Shown one piece after another: positions 47,801 through 60,087 of a stretch of 64,000 nt of DNA. The notes under the pieces are model-generated. The model was not told the DNA's origin and made no database searches. It saw nothing but the letters and a program-made list of their open reading frames with translations. How positions within the stretch are numbered: the first letter of the stretch is position 1; every line of letters begins with the position of its first letter. Location: the NCBI GenBank assembly GCA_001179505.1, contig CDMY01000376.1, positions 1 through 64,000 of the forward strand, written 5' to 3'. Origin of the DNA: Vitrella brassicaformis CCMP3155. Its lineage: Eukaryota > Protista > Chromerida. The position numbers and the translations under genes are program-made.

Positions 47801-50800
47801 AGATCGGGGGTGGTGGTCCAGAGGCGGTGGAATACGACACCGACCGGTTTGTGACCATCGACACGGCCGTGACGCTGGGCAGCGACCTCGGGGTGGGCCT
47901 CTCCTTTGGTCAGGCCGACATCGCCCTCAGCATGGAGTACGCTAACCAGACTGTCGGAGAGCTGCAGACGACTAATGGGGTCACCATCCGATCGGGCGGC
48001 AGCACTGAGATGGAGTTTGCCGGCGCGCTGATCCGGACGAAGAGCAATGAGGCGGCCTTGACGCAGCTGCTCGAGGCGGCTGTGTCGGCTCCCGACCCGG
48101 CTGCTGGGAGTCGGCTGAGGCTCGTTGGGAGGGAGGTGTTGCCGCCACGGGACTCACCTGCCAAGGAAGTGCCCGAATGGCTTGTCAACGTCACGCGGAA
48201 GGTCGCCATGGACCTGCCCGTGCCATCGTAAGCCATTCCCTCCAGTCACGGATCGCATGGATGTGAGGATCTTTGTGTGCGTGTTGTACAGGCTCGGTGA
48301 GCCCTCTGACTTACTGCAAGAGGTGGAGCTGCTGTCCCTGAGCCTCGGCCCGCTGGCGAACGAGTCGAGCAAGGCGTCCCTCGAGCTGCGGCTGGACCTC
48401 ACCCTCGGCGGCCCCCTCGACTACTCCGGCCTGGGGCTCACCTTCAACGCCATCAACGCATCCATCGCACTCGCGTCATCAGACCCCGCAGACACCGCAT
48501 CCGTCCACCCCATCGGCCTGGCCGTGGTGTCCTCCAGTGACACGCTGGCCATGCGCCTTGCGAACAACACACTGAGGGCCAACTTCACCGGAATCCTCGA
48601 CATGGATGACGACGGCAACGGTCTCGCCACATTCGCTCGGCTGCTGCTCGGCCCCAACACGACACACACCACCCCGGCCACGCTGGGACTCAACGGCACG
48701 CTGGACGTGGCGGCACTGGTCGGCCGACTGGGTGTCCCCGTTCAGCTGCGAGGCGTCTCCATCACCCAGCTGCTGCGCTTCACGCGCAAAGATTCGGCAC
48801 CCAGACCAGCGTCTATGGCCGTGCGTCCATTCGGCGCCCCCACAGCTGCTGCTGCTGCTGCTGCTGCTGCAGGGGGCCTGGCCATCAGGCTGTCAGAGGT
48901 GGACTTCACTGGGGCGGTGGCGGGGGGAGGTCTGGGGGTCAAGACGGTCGCTCTGGTCGACAACCCCTCCCTCGCACAAGTCACTCTCGGCGACGTGGCC
49001 TTCGTCCTCACCCTGCCGGCCACAACCGAGGGAGAAGCACCGGTCGTCCTGGGGTCTGTCGGCGGCAAAGGTGTGCATCTGCCATCTGGGCGGTCCAAGA
49101 TCCACCTCACCGGTCAGCTGAGGCCTGACGAGGCCGACATGGCGGCCGTCTCGAGCGCCTTCTCAAGCTACATCCAGGGGGGCGGTCTGCCCGTCGACAT
49201 CCGCGTGACGGGCGCCGGCAACACCACTCTGCCGCGGTGGCTCGAGACCCTCACCTCCACCTTTGACCTCAACGCCAGCCTGCCGCCCCTCCACACGCTC
49301 AGCGGTGTCACGACGGAGGCGGCTGGTGCGGCCGGTGCAGTGGGGGGAGAGTTCGCGCTGATCGAGCAGATGGAAGTGACAGCATTCGAGCTCGACCTGA
49401 GCAACACCACTGCTGCAGAGAACCGTATCGGCGTCACGGGCGGCCTCCGCGCGACCCTCCGCAACCCACTGGGGGCGTCGGCGCCCATCACAGTCGACAG
49501 GTTGAGCCTCGCGTCAGATCTGCACATGGTCGAGAATGACACGCAGTGGGGCGAGCCTTTCGGCCATCTGGAGGTGCCGCAGGACAACTTGGCCATCACG
49601 CCGGCCGACGGCAATGCGACGGGCCTGATCGACCTCACAATGAACCTGACGGGCGTCGTGGAGCTGCTGGATGGCGGCAAGCCGTTCACCGAGTTCGCCA
49701 GGCGGCTCCTGGATGCCGACATCGAAGCAGATGCAGACACTTCTGTTGCTGGATCGCTGTCGATGGGTCTGAGGGGCGAGATGGTCAGCGCAGTGGGCAC
49801 CCCGATGGGCATGCTGACCCTCAGCGGCCTGCCCCTTTCAGAAACAGTCGACTTCCGGTCCTTGGGCTCTCTCCGTGACAGCGTGAACCTCACCCAGTGG
49901 TCGATCGAGGGCGTCGATGAGGCCGCCAACGGGACCGCCCCGAAGCTGCATCTCGCGGCAACTGTGGAGCTCAAGAACCCCTCCTTCCTCGGCCTATCCC
50001 TCGGCGACGTCATGTGGACGCTCACCCGACTTGATGAGAGTAGACGAGGGGCGAGAATCGGGCAGCTGGTGTCGTCCAACCTCACCATTCAGCCGAAGCC
50101 GGCGGTCACGACGATCGGCCTGCTGGGGAGCCTGGAGCCGCCAGACGGCAAGTCGGCCGGGGTTTTCTTCTCGGAGGTGCTCAACGACATGCTTCTGAGC
50201 GACACCCCCAACCCCGTGACGGTGCGGCCGAGCCCCATGGGCAGAGACACCCCCTGGCTGAGTGAGGTCATGGGCAGCATGGAGCTGCAGCTGTCGCTGG
50301 GGGGGCTGTTCGAGGGCTCACTTCTGCAGTCCATCACGCTCGAGCGGCTCCATTTCGCACCCAATGCTGACGGAACCGTTGAGCTGAAAGGCAGCCTTCT
50401 GCTGGCGGCGCGCAACCCGTTCACCAAGGTGGGTGACGTGAGCATCGACACCATCTCCATGACCGCCCAGCTGGTGGACAGCAAGTCCCGCCCCGTCGGC
50501 CGCCTGACCATCCCGACACAACCCGCCCAGCGCATTGAAGCCGACGACACCAGCAACGGAACCACCAACGCGACGGACTCCCTGCGAGCGCGGTTCGTCT
50601 TCCGGTCATCCCTGACGATCGACGAGAACAGCGCGGCCATCGGCGACTTCGTGTCGGCCCTCACTGCGACCGAACCCGTCCCCAGCTCCGCCCTCAGGCT
50701 GCGGCTGGTGGGCTCATCCAACGTGTCTGTGGAGAGCCCGCTGGGTCTGATTGAGATCCGTGACCTGCCGCTGGACGACCCACTGCCCCTTACCGACGGC

Positions 50801-53800
50801 GACGAGCCCGCCTTCGACCTCGCTTCAGCCAAGCTGGGATCCATCGCCTTCGGCAGCGAATCGGGAGACGAAGGTGTGGCCTTCACCACCGACCTGTCAG
50901 TGAGTGTGCCGCCGGACTTCCCCCTCTCCGTCGATCTGGGCAACGTGCTCTTGGCGCTCAAGTACCCTGCCGGCGGGGCGAACGAAAGCATCACGCTGGG
51001 CGAGCTGGCAATGGAGCCTCTCCGCATTCGAGCGGGCAACAACTCTCTGCCTGTGAGAGGCCGGCTGTTGCCGCCTGACCCCGAGGACCCAAATGCCATG
51101 CTGCAAGCGAGCGAGTTCATCTCGACATACCTCTCCGGCCAGAACGCCACCGTGCGCGTGCAGGGCATGTCCATTACCATCCCGGGCGCAGAGACCGCCC
51201 CGTCGTGGCTCGAGAAGGCCGTCAAGGCCATCGCCGTCGACATCACGCTGCCCGGCAGGCCGCAACAGACGCTCCAGGAGCTGAGGATTGCCGATGTATC
51301 CCTTCGGGCAGCGGACAACGCGACGGCGGGCGCCACTTTCTCCGCGTCGGTCCGCGGAGGGTTCACCAACCCGCTGGGCGAGGGCTCCGAGGTTACTATC
51401 AAGCGGGCACGTGTTGACGTGGCCATGAGGCGCCCGGGAGCTGCTGGTGACGAGACCCCACTGGGCACTCTGACCACCCCCTTCATGGCTGTGAAGACCT
51501 CGGTCGATGAGAGCGCTCAGCGGAACATCTCCCTTGAGCTGCAGGACGGCATGATCGTCTTCCCCGACGGCGGCGAGGGCTTCGGGAACCTGGCTGCCGA
51601 CTTGCTGAGGTCGCGAGACGACGACAACCTCACCAGCTCGACGGACGACGGCCCCGACGAGCCAGAGGCAGAGCAGCGGCTGGTGGTGGGTGGCTGGATC
51701 GAGGCAGAAGTCGACTCCCCTCTCGGCGAGCTCACGCTCCGCCTTCCCATCGAGACGGATGTCACCATGGGAGGTCTCTCTCTCAGCAGCCAGGGGGGAG
51801 CTGGCGGTTTGAGGGAGTGGTCCGTCCGCGACGCCGCCAACGTCGACGAGGGGTTTGTCATGGAGGCAGCCTTTGACGTGGTCATCGGAGGCGACAGCGA
51901 TGGCTCCCTTGCCTCCATCGAGCTGGGCGACATCGAGCTTGAGGTTTGGTACGACAGCGGCCGCCTGGCGGAGCTGGTCGCGCCTGACGTGACGTTGAAG
52001 CGTGGCGCCAACCGGCTGGTGGTCAGCGGTGTGATCCAAGAGGGCATCACCGACCGCGACACCGCCTCCGCGTTCCTCAGCGCCATGGTGGACAGACGGC
52101 CGCTGCCCATCACCATCAAAGGCAAGAAGGCCGCCGACGGCGAGGAGAGGTCGTGGGTGCTCATGGCCATGGAGGCTTTGTCGCTGGATGTGGAGCTGTC
52201 ACCATCCTCCAGAGGAGATGTGGCCGTGGCGGAGGGGGAGGGCAATGGTGAGGGTGCTGGTGTGGGTGCTGTGGGTGTGGAGAGCGGCGAGTTCATTGTC
52301 AATGTGGCGCTGGACTCACTCATGTTCGACTTCACCACTTCTGCGGGAGGTGGTGGAGGTGGAGATGGCGGCGGACCGGTGCTGCAGGGCAAGGTGGAGG
52401 TGGTCTACCAGTTGCCTGAGGCGGTCGATGTCACACACACGGTAACCTTCACACACTCACACACACTCACACACACTCACACACACACAGAGACAGTCAT
52501 GTCCCTGCTGCCGCTGCAGGTCATCGAGTTGAACCAGACGGTCGAGCTCTGGCGCGTCAAGGACAGCTCCCTCGAGCCCCCCCTCGGCCGCGTCTCCCTC
52601 TCCACCACCAGCGTCTCGCCTTTCACCCCTTCCGCAGAAGCCTTTCCCGCCCACAATGCCTCCCGGCTGCGGGCTTTCAGGGCGTCATTCGCCGACGCGA
52701 CCCTGCAGATAGAAGAGGGCGAGGAGCGGGAGCGTTTCCAGGCTTTCCTGGCTTCACTTGTGGAGGAGAGTGGGCCATCGATGCTGGAGCTGAGCGGGAG
52801 GGCGAGTCTGGCTGTGCGGACCGCCGTGGGCGAGCTCGAGGTGCGCGAAGTCGACCTTACCCTCAGGAGAGACATCGAACGTAAGACGGCCGCCAATGGT
52901 CTCCGTGTAGAGGGTGGGTTGGTCCATGTCTCTCTGTGTGTGTGTGTGTGTGAGCAGATATCGGTGGCACCCTGGAAGACCGCAGTGGTGTGTTCGGGAC
53001 CGAGGTCACAGGCGGCACCGCCGACGCCCTCATCGTCGAGACCGACCTGTGGATCGCTCACCAAGGCTTTCTCTCCGCCCACCTCGGCGACGTCTCCCTC
53101 GACCTCTACCTGCCCACCGACCGCTCTCTCGAATCGTCCCTCCCCGACAGCATGACAATCCTCGACGAGAGCGACGGCGAGGGCGACACCATCCTGGTCA
53201 AGGTGGGGGAAGTGACGGTGCCAGATCTCGCGCTTGTCAACGGGGAGAACCGCACGACCCCCGTGCAAGTGCGGATCGACCCGGCTCCCGGCCCCGACTT
53301 GCGTGCGGGGACCCGTGTGTTCCTGTCGAGGTATGTGAGCCAGCTGCCGACGGAGTTGGAGGTGAGGGGTCGGGGGGACAGTTCGCGGAACGAGCTGCTG
53401 AAGGTGCTGTTTGGGTCGTGGAAGAGCCGGATGACCATTCCTGGGGCGAGGAACAAACTCATGCAGGGGGTGGAGCTCGACCTTAGGGTGAGTGGAGTGG
53501 ATCTCTCTCTGTGCGGACGTGACGTGTGTGTATCATCCTTTGTGTGTGGTGTGTGGTGTGTGTGGTGTGTGTAGGGCATCCCGCTGATCAACATGCGGGT
53601 GCTGGCGCGGCTGACGCTGCGCAACGCCTTCCCAGTGGACATCGCCATCCGACACATCAACTCGAGCGTCTACAACGATGGAACGTACGTATGGGTCTGC
53701 ACACACACACACAGAGAGCAGCATGGGTGGGCCATGCGGGCACTCTCCCTGTGTGTGTCTCTCTCTGTGTGTGTGTTGATGCTTTGCAGGCTGATAGGTC

Positions 53801-54232
53801 GCACGATAGTGGATTGGCGAGACGACCCGTCGGTGATCCGCGCGGAGAGCACCAGCACCACAAGATACTACAGGCTTAACACGTCCATCTCGGGGGCCGC
53901 CATACGCACCGTAAGACAAGACACGCTGCACCCACCGCAAGGAAGGCCATTCATGTGTTGGTTGGTCCATGCCGTCTGTCTGTGTGCGCGTGTGTGTGCA
54001 GCTGTTCCGGTCGCTTGTGGGGACGGCCTACGTGGAGGTGAGGGAGCAAACAACAGAGGCACACTCACCACTCACTCACTCACTCACCATGCCCACCACA
54101 CGAGTGTGTTGTGTCATTGATGGCATGGCTTGCCTCTGTGTGTGTCAGTCCGACGGCACGGTTGAGTTTTCTGTCGAAGATTACATCGCGTATGTCGACT
54201 ACGACGAGAAGGACGTCCCCACAACCTTCTAG
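40401..54232 (+). CDS. Giant type II membrane protein with about 21 tandem LEA_2/DUF3712 (Tag1-like) modules, roughly 4000 aa; a possible extra 5' exon at 40093; multi-exon
   Basis: Low-complexity N-terminus, polybasic KKRRRRR, then TM segment VMLFACGGVMVLLLTLALVGIYGIL (~41634-41705) followed by PGVVQRSLDKS. Repeated motif xLxNPSxxxIxLGxLxLxL...G.L....L.+.PG.N.+.L.G.L.P....+..F+S....G.......PWL...+..+.L...LP. Dozens of NxS/T sequons. Terminates ...YVDYDEKDVPTTF* at 54232. Confidence 0.8.
46400..48275 (+). repeat. 788-bp near-identical direct duplication flanking an assembly gap (46400-47187 and 47488-48275)
   Basis: Same sequence at offset 1088. About 10 substitutions counted by eye: 5 exonic and 5 within 48 intronic nt. 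Confidence 0.92.
47188..47487. other. Assembly gap (300 N)
   Basis: Run of N. Confidence 0.99.
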
Positions 54233-54944
54233 CGCATCACACGCTCCGAACGTTTCGAGCAGTCTCGGGGAAGGGCGGGCGCGGTGTTTTATCCATCCGT
54301 CGGCAATTCGTCCTTTGCTGCGTGCTGACTGCTGCCTGTGTGGGGGATGGATGTGTGTCTAAATGGCTGTGTGTGATGACATCAGCAGATCAGCCAGCGG
54401 GGTGGGGTGGGTCTCAGAGAGGGGCAGTAAGTAGGGGGTACGGTGCGTACGTTATTTCTTTATGGCCGGCCAGCTGCTGTGGTCGGTTCATAGATGTCAT
54501 CCATCGACCACTGCTGGCTTTGCGGGCTTTCTTTGTTTCTCAGTGTCCAGAAAAGTGCCCATAGCTTTTTTGGTGTAATTGGGTGGGCGCGCTGTGTGTG
54601 GTGTGGCTGTCAGATAGGTACGTAGGCTTGTGTTGAGTATAGGGCCGGGACGGGGACAGGGAGGCAGGGAGGGGAAAGGGGGGCTGATTCATTCCTGTAT
54701 GTGGTGTGCTGTGGTGTAGGGCTGTGTGGCGTGGTGTGTGTCAGATCTAGAGGCGCAGACAGGCCAGGCCAGGCCAGCCGCCTCGTTGTTTGTTTGTCCA
54801 GAACGTAGCTAGATGGGTGGAGGGAGGGATGTGTTGTGTGCATCATCATGTGTGTATCATCAGCCATTTAGGTGTCGGGCGCTCAGTTTTGTCTTTTGTT
54901 TTAAAGCCCAACCCAACCACACAACCAACCACCAACCAACCACC

Positions 54945-55244
54945 NNNNNNNNNNNNNNNNNNNNNNNNNNNNNNNNNNNNNNNNNNNNNNNNNNNNNNNN
55001 NNNNNNNNNNNNNNNNNNNNNNNNNNNNNNNNNNNNNNNNNNNNNNNNNNNNNNNNNNNNNNNNNNNNNNNNNNNNNNNNNNNNNNNNNNNNNNNNNNNN
55101 NNNNNNNNNNNNNNNNNNNNNNNNNNNNNNNNNNNNNNNNNNNNNNNNNNNNNNNNNNNNNNNNNNNNNNNNNNNNNNNNNNNNNNNNNNNNNNNNNNNN
55201 NNNNNNNNNNNNNNNNNNNNNNNNNNNNNNNNNNNNNNNNNNNN
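54945..55244. other. Assembly gap (300 N) in a microsatellite-rich convergent intergenic region
   Basis: Run of N flanked by (ACC/AACC)-type repeats and poly-C. Confidence 0.99.
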
Positions 55245-56873
55245 CCCCCCGTTGACGGAAACGGTCCACACACATGGTCACATGACATACATCTCACCTC
55301 ACATGACATGCATGGAGAATTCGAGAGAAGAGGGGGGCAGGGCTGCCCTCACCTTTTTCTCACCGCCCTCGATGCTGGATGGATTGATGGATGGATGGCC
55401 TGCCTCTCTCTTCGTTCCTTCCTGCCCGCTTGTCGGCTCTGTCTCTCTTTCTTTGTCTCTATCGCTCTCGATGTCGCTATCGCTCGTCGTTGTTGGTCGA
55501 TCGATCGCATTCCTTCATTCATTCACACCCTTCTTCTTCTTGATGGATCCGATCCCTTCGTTCCCTTATAAGGGATGGATAGCCAATGACATGACAATTT
55601 ATGTGTGTGCATACGTACGTACGTACGGACGTACAACAAGAGTACAATCTCTCTTGAGACTTATACACACACCCATACCTACCTACCTACCTACACCGGA
55701 CTGACTACCCACTCACTCTCTCTCTCTCTCTCTCTCTCACGTCGCGTCACCCACGTTATATTATTTGTATGTGTGTGCGCTGGCCGTCGAGTCAGTGTCT
55801 TTTTCTGAAGTGCACAAACAAAGAAAAACCCCGGGTGCCCGACGAGGGAACCAAGGCAGGCGCACGTGTGAGCGATGCGTATTGTTTGGTGTGTGGGCCG
55901 GGGGTGAGTGCCACATACATATCAAGGCAGCGATGGAAGCACGACTGACTGTACTGCACTGCTCTCTGCAATGGGTGGTGTGCTACTGATTCATGGATGG
56001 ATGGATGGATGTTTGATGGCCGATTGATGATGTGTGATTCATTCATGTGAGACGGACGGCCGGGCCATGGTGGATGGCATGGCGATGTGCGTGGCGTGCG
56101 TGTGGTCATGTGTCATGTCATGTGTGGCTGGCTGGTCAATGGCTAATTCACATGAGCAAGAAGGCTACTTGATGGACATCACGCACACGCACACACACAC
56201 AAGTCGCGTCAGCTACCCATCCGACAGCACACCACACCACACCACACCGCCCCTGCCTGTCTGTGTCCCATTTCCCACCCCGGCCGATGAATGAATAAGA
56301 CGCCACGACGTACGGTCACAGACACAGCACAGCCACAGACAGCAAGGGCATAGGAGTGAGTGAGACTAGCTCAATTTCTGCCAGAAGGCATAGCCGACCG
56401 GGCCATCCTTCCCTCCCTCCCTCCCTCCCTCCCTCCGTCCACCCGTCGTGCTTCGACCAGCCAGCCAGCCAGCCACCCATCGATCTCCTAAACCTTTCCT
56501 GCATACGAATTAGGCACTCTACAGAGCTGGACATACACACACATGCACCCACCCACCCACCCACACACACACACAGATATACACCGAATTAGACACTTAG
56601 ACAGAAAGAAACCAAGCCATTCAGCAAGCAGGCAGGCAGGGAGACAGGCAGGCAGGCAATCGCCCCTCTCGCCGCACCCACACCCAAAGGACCGAAAAAG
56701 CACTCGCTTTTAAGGCAGTGTGTCCGTCCGTCCGTCGCATTTATGCAGCCACTACACTACCTGTCTCTCTGCCATCCATCCATCCACCATTCCAACGCGA
56801 AGAGGTCTCATTGCTGACTGCTCTACCTACGCACTACCTACACTTTCGGCCGGCCACCCTTGTGTGTGTGTGT

Positions 56874-59861
56874 CTAGAGTTCGTCCTTGGTGCTGGTCTT
56901 CTTGGCCTTCTTGCCCTTCTTCTCCTCGTGGATCCGCTTCAACTCATCGTAGCTATCCAACTGCACACACACACACACGCACACACACGTGATGTGTGTG
57001 TGCGTGTTGGATGGATGGATGGATAGATGGGAACATACCAGTGCGCCGAGCTCTTCGATCTTTTCTGTGGTGTCCTGCATCCACTCGCGCCAGCCAGCAG
57101 TGTCAACAAATGGCAGCTGCGCACACAACACACACACACACACACATGCGTCCGTCCGTTCACCAAAGCCACACCAGCCCCCCCACCCACCTGTGGCTCC
57201 TTTGTAGCAGCGGCTTTGGTCTCGGTGATTTCGACGGGCTTTGACGCGTTCTTCTTGATGAACTTGATGATGCCCTTCTTGGTGCGGTCGCCCTCGTACG
57301 GGATGGGCTTCTTCTCGCCCGCCTTGACGTAGAAGATGGTAGGGAAGCCCTCGTACTGGAAGTCGGAGTGCGCCACCTCGTTGGCCGTCCCGTCCACTGT
57401 CACAATCACACACGATCGTGTTGGTGTGTACCGGTAAGCGGTGTAGCTTCCGTACGTTTGGCGAGCATGATGTGTTCGTTCTTGGCGAGCATCTCTGCGA
57501 CAGCGTTATACTGGGGCTCCAACTTCTGCACACACACACACACACACACACGTGGGAGGGAGAAGGAGGCATGAAGGGGTGAGAGAGCGTGTGTGTGTGT
57601 GTGATGCTTGCCTTGCAGTGTCCACACCAGGGCGCGTACACCTCCAGCATCACATCCTTGTCGGCGTGGAACACCTAAGCAACGAACCAACGAAACCAAC
57701 CAAGGAAGAGACGTATCCGGTGTGTTTGGTATGTCCTGCTCGATCGGCCATTGGACGGACAGACGGACCATTTCATCAAAGTTCTTGCCGACGACCACCT
57801 TGACGGGCTCATCGTTGGTCTCGGGGATGGGCTGCGACTTGAGGAAGGGCTCCACCTTGCCGGCGCGGACGTCCTCGATGAACTGCTTGATGGCGCTCTT
57901 CTCTATCGCCGGGCCCGTCCAACGATACCTGCGCACACACACACACGACAGAGAGGCTCAGAATCCCGCTTGCGTGTGTGGCGCCCCCTCTCTCTCTCTC
58001 TCTCTCTTTGGTTGTGTTGGGTGTGTACTTCTTGTCCTCCTTTGTAGTGATAACCATGGCGGGGTAGTCGTCGTCACTGATGCCGAGGAAACTCTCGACT
58101 GCAACGGAGAGGGAGGACATAACAAGACCATGCTCTCTCGCACCGAGCTAGGCCCGCCGGCCGGCCTACAGGGTTTGCTTTGCTCACCGTGTTCGCCGAA
58201 CTGTTGGGTGTCTAGCCAGACGAAGCTGTACTGGGGATACTCCTTGGCCATTGCGCGGAAGATAGGCGTCACCGCCGTCACGTTAGCCTGGTTGCTCTTC
58301 TCCATCTTGACACACACCCACGCTATGCCTGCAGGCATCACACACCACACCACACACCGGACACATATACGAGTTGTCTGTGTAGATGTGCGGGTCTGTG
58401 TGTGTGTGTGTGACCGACCCTCTCTCTTTCGCTCGTCGTATGACTGGAAGTTCTCAGCGTTGATCTCGCCGAAGAGGTGGAAGCGCTCCTCCTCAACCCA
58501 GGCGCCGAGTTCCTCTGCATCGGCGGCCCCGCTGTACACAATCGGGGCGTCCTCGCCCTTGCGGTGGATCACGATCTGACGGATAAATGAATGGACTCAC
58601 ACCAGGCGCGTGGACGGTGTGTCGGGCCCTGGGAATGTGTGTGTGTGTGTGTGATGGGTGTGTGCCTGCCTTGTTCTGGTTGTCGTCGATCTGGACGAAC
58701 TTGGCTGCCATCCTCATGAGGTCTGCGACCTCCTCGAACACCTTGTAGAGGCTGTGGGACTTGTCGGTGAACTTAGCAGACACCACCACCTGCACACGCC
58801 GCCCAGACAATACCCCCCCCATTCAGGCCAACACACACAGAGAGACAAACACCCCTACTGACCGTTTCGGTGTCGATCATGGTCTTGAACTCGTCCTTAG
58901 TCATGTTCGTGACGGCAGGTCCCGTCTGCTTCTCCAGCCACTCGACGATGTCGCTGCTAGTGCGGCCACCGTCATACTCCTACAGGAAGGACACCACGCA
59001 GACACACACAAGGAGTCATGGGTGGGTGGCTGAGCACCTGCACGTGCAGGTACCTGTACCTGTGGTTTGCCCTTCTTGAAGAACTTGATGGTGGGGAAGC
59101 CCTGCACGTCGAACTCCTGGGCCAGCTTCTCCTCTACTGTCGCGTCAACTGCACACACAAAGTCAGTCATCACACCACAGAGATGTCACTTTGAGCATCC
59201 TGGATCGCATCACATGCCGCTTCGCTTCATGAGTACCCACCCTTTGCGAGTGGTATCTTGCCCTTGAGTTCCTTGGCGGCTTTCTCGTACTCGGGTGCCA
59301 ACTGCTTGCAGTGACCACACCTGCACACACATGGAAGGATGGACGACATATCAGACAACACCACACTCACGGCAGATGCGGATGGATGTCGCCTGGCTCC
59401 CTATAGTGCCGTGCGCATTTGCGTCAACGCGGCACCTACACATGCAGGCTATCGCTGTTGGCACACGACACTCTAACCGAACAACCTCATGAGGCGGGAG
59501 GCCACCCTACTACTCGCAGTCGCATGTGCCGTGCGCACCTATCTCCTTCCCTCCCTCTCTCCCTCCCTCCCTCCCTGTGTCCCTCCCTCCCTGCCCGCCT
59601 GATGGGCTCACCAAGGAGCGTAGAACTCCACTGCACGCGCACACACACGCACGACAGCGCAGGCAAGTCGAGCGGTTGTCAGTGTCTGGCCTTGCAAAGC
59701 GTGTGGCGTGTCGGGTATACGAACGTACCGAGGCTGATGGGATTCTCGTCTATGAAGGGCTTGAAGGTATCCTGCGTCAGCGAGACCACCGCCTCGTCAG
59801 CAGCAGCAGCCAAGAGGGCAAGCGAGGCCACCAGGCCACACACACCGACGCGAACCAGCAT
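56874..59861 (-). CDS. PDI: Protein disulfide isomerase (a-b-b'-a', ER-retained); multi-exon
   Basis: Signal peptide [21 protein letters not shown]; VEFYAPW|[15 protein letters not shown]; [24 protein letters not shown]; second site [15 protein letters not shown]|KLEPQY; YEGFPTIFY; C-terminal KDEL*. Confidence 0.97.
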
Positions 59862-60087
59862 CTGAACCACGTAGTCACTTGGATCTGTGCGGATCTCTCC
59901 TCCTCTCCACCATATGCGTGCGCTCTCTGCGCTCACCACGTTCGTTCTGACGATATCCCGGCGTGTGCAGATCTTCCCTCGTCGTGTACTCTTTCCACCC
60001 GTGTGATGGCTGTGCGTCCTTCTCCTCTTTCACCTCCCTGATTTGCGAGCTCGGATCTTTGGCCGGGAAGTCTGGCCAACAGCGAGG

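Noticed and set aside
52442-52519. Apparent His/Thr-rich insert (THSHTLTHTHTH) in the 1676-aa ORF
   Set aside because: It is a 78-nt GT-AG intron of (CA)/(CACT) repeats that happens to stay in frame. The same applies to HTHT/CVCV strings throughout the ORF track.
54790-55704. ORFs spanning the second gap
   Set aside because: Artefacts of translating N runs and microsatellites; no coding signal.
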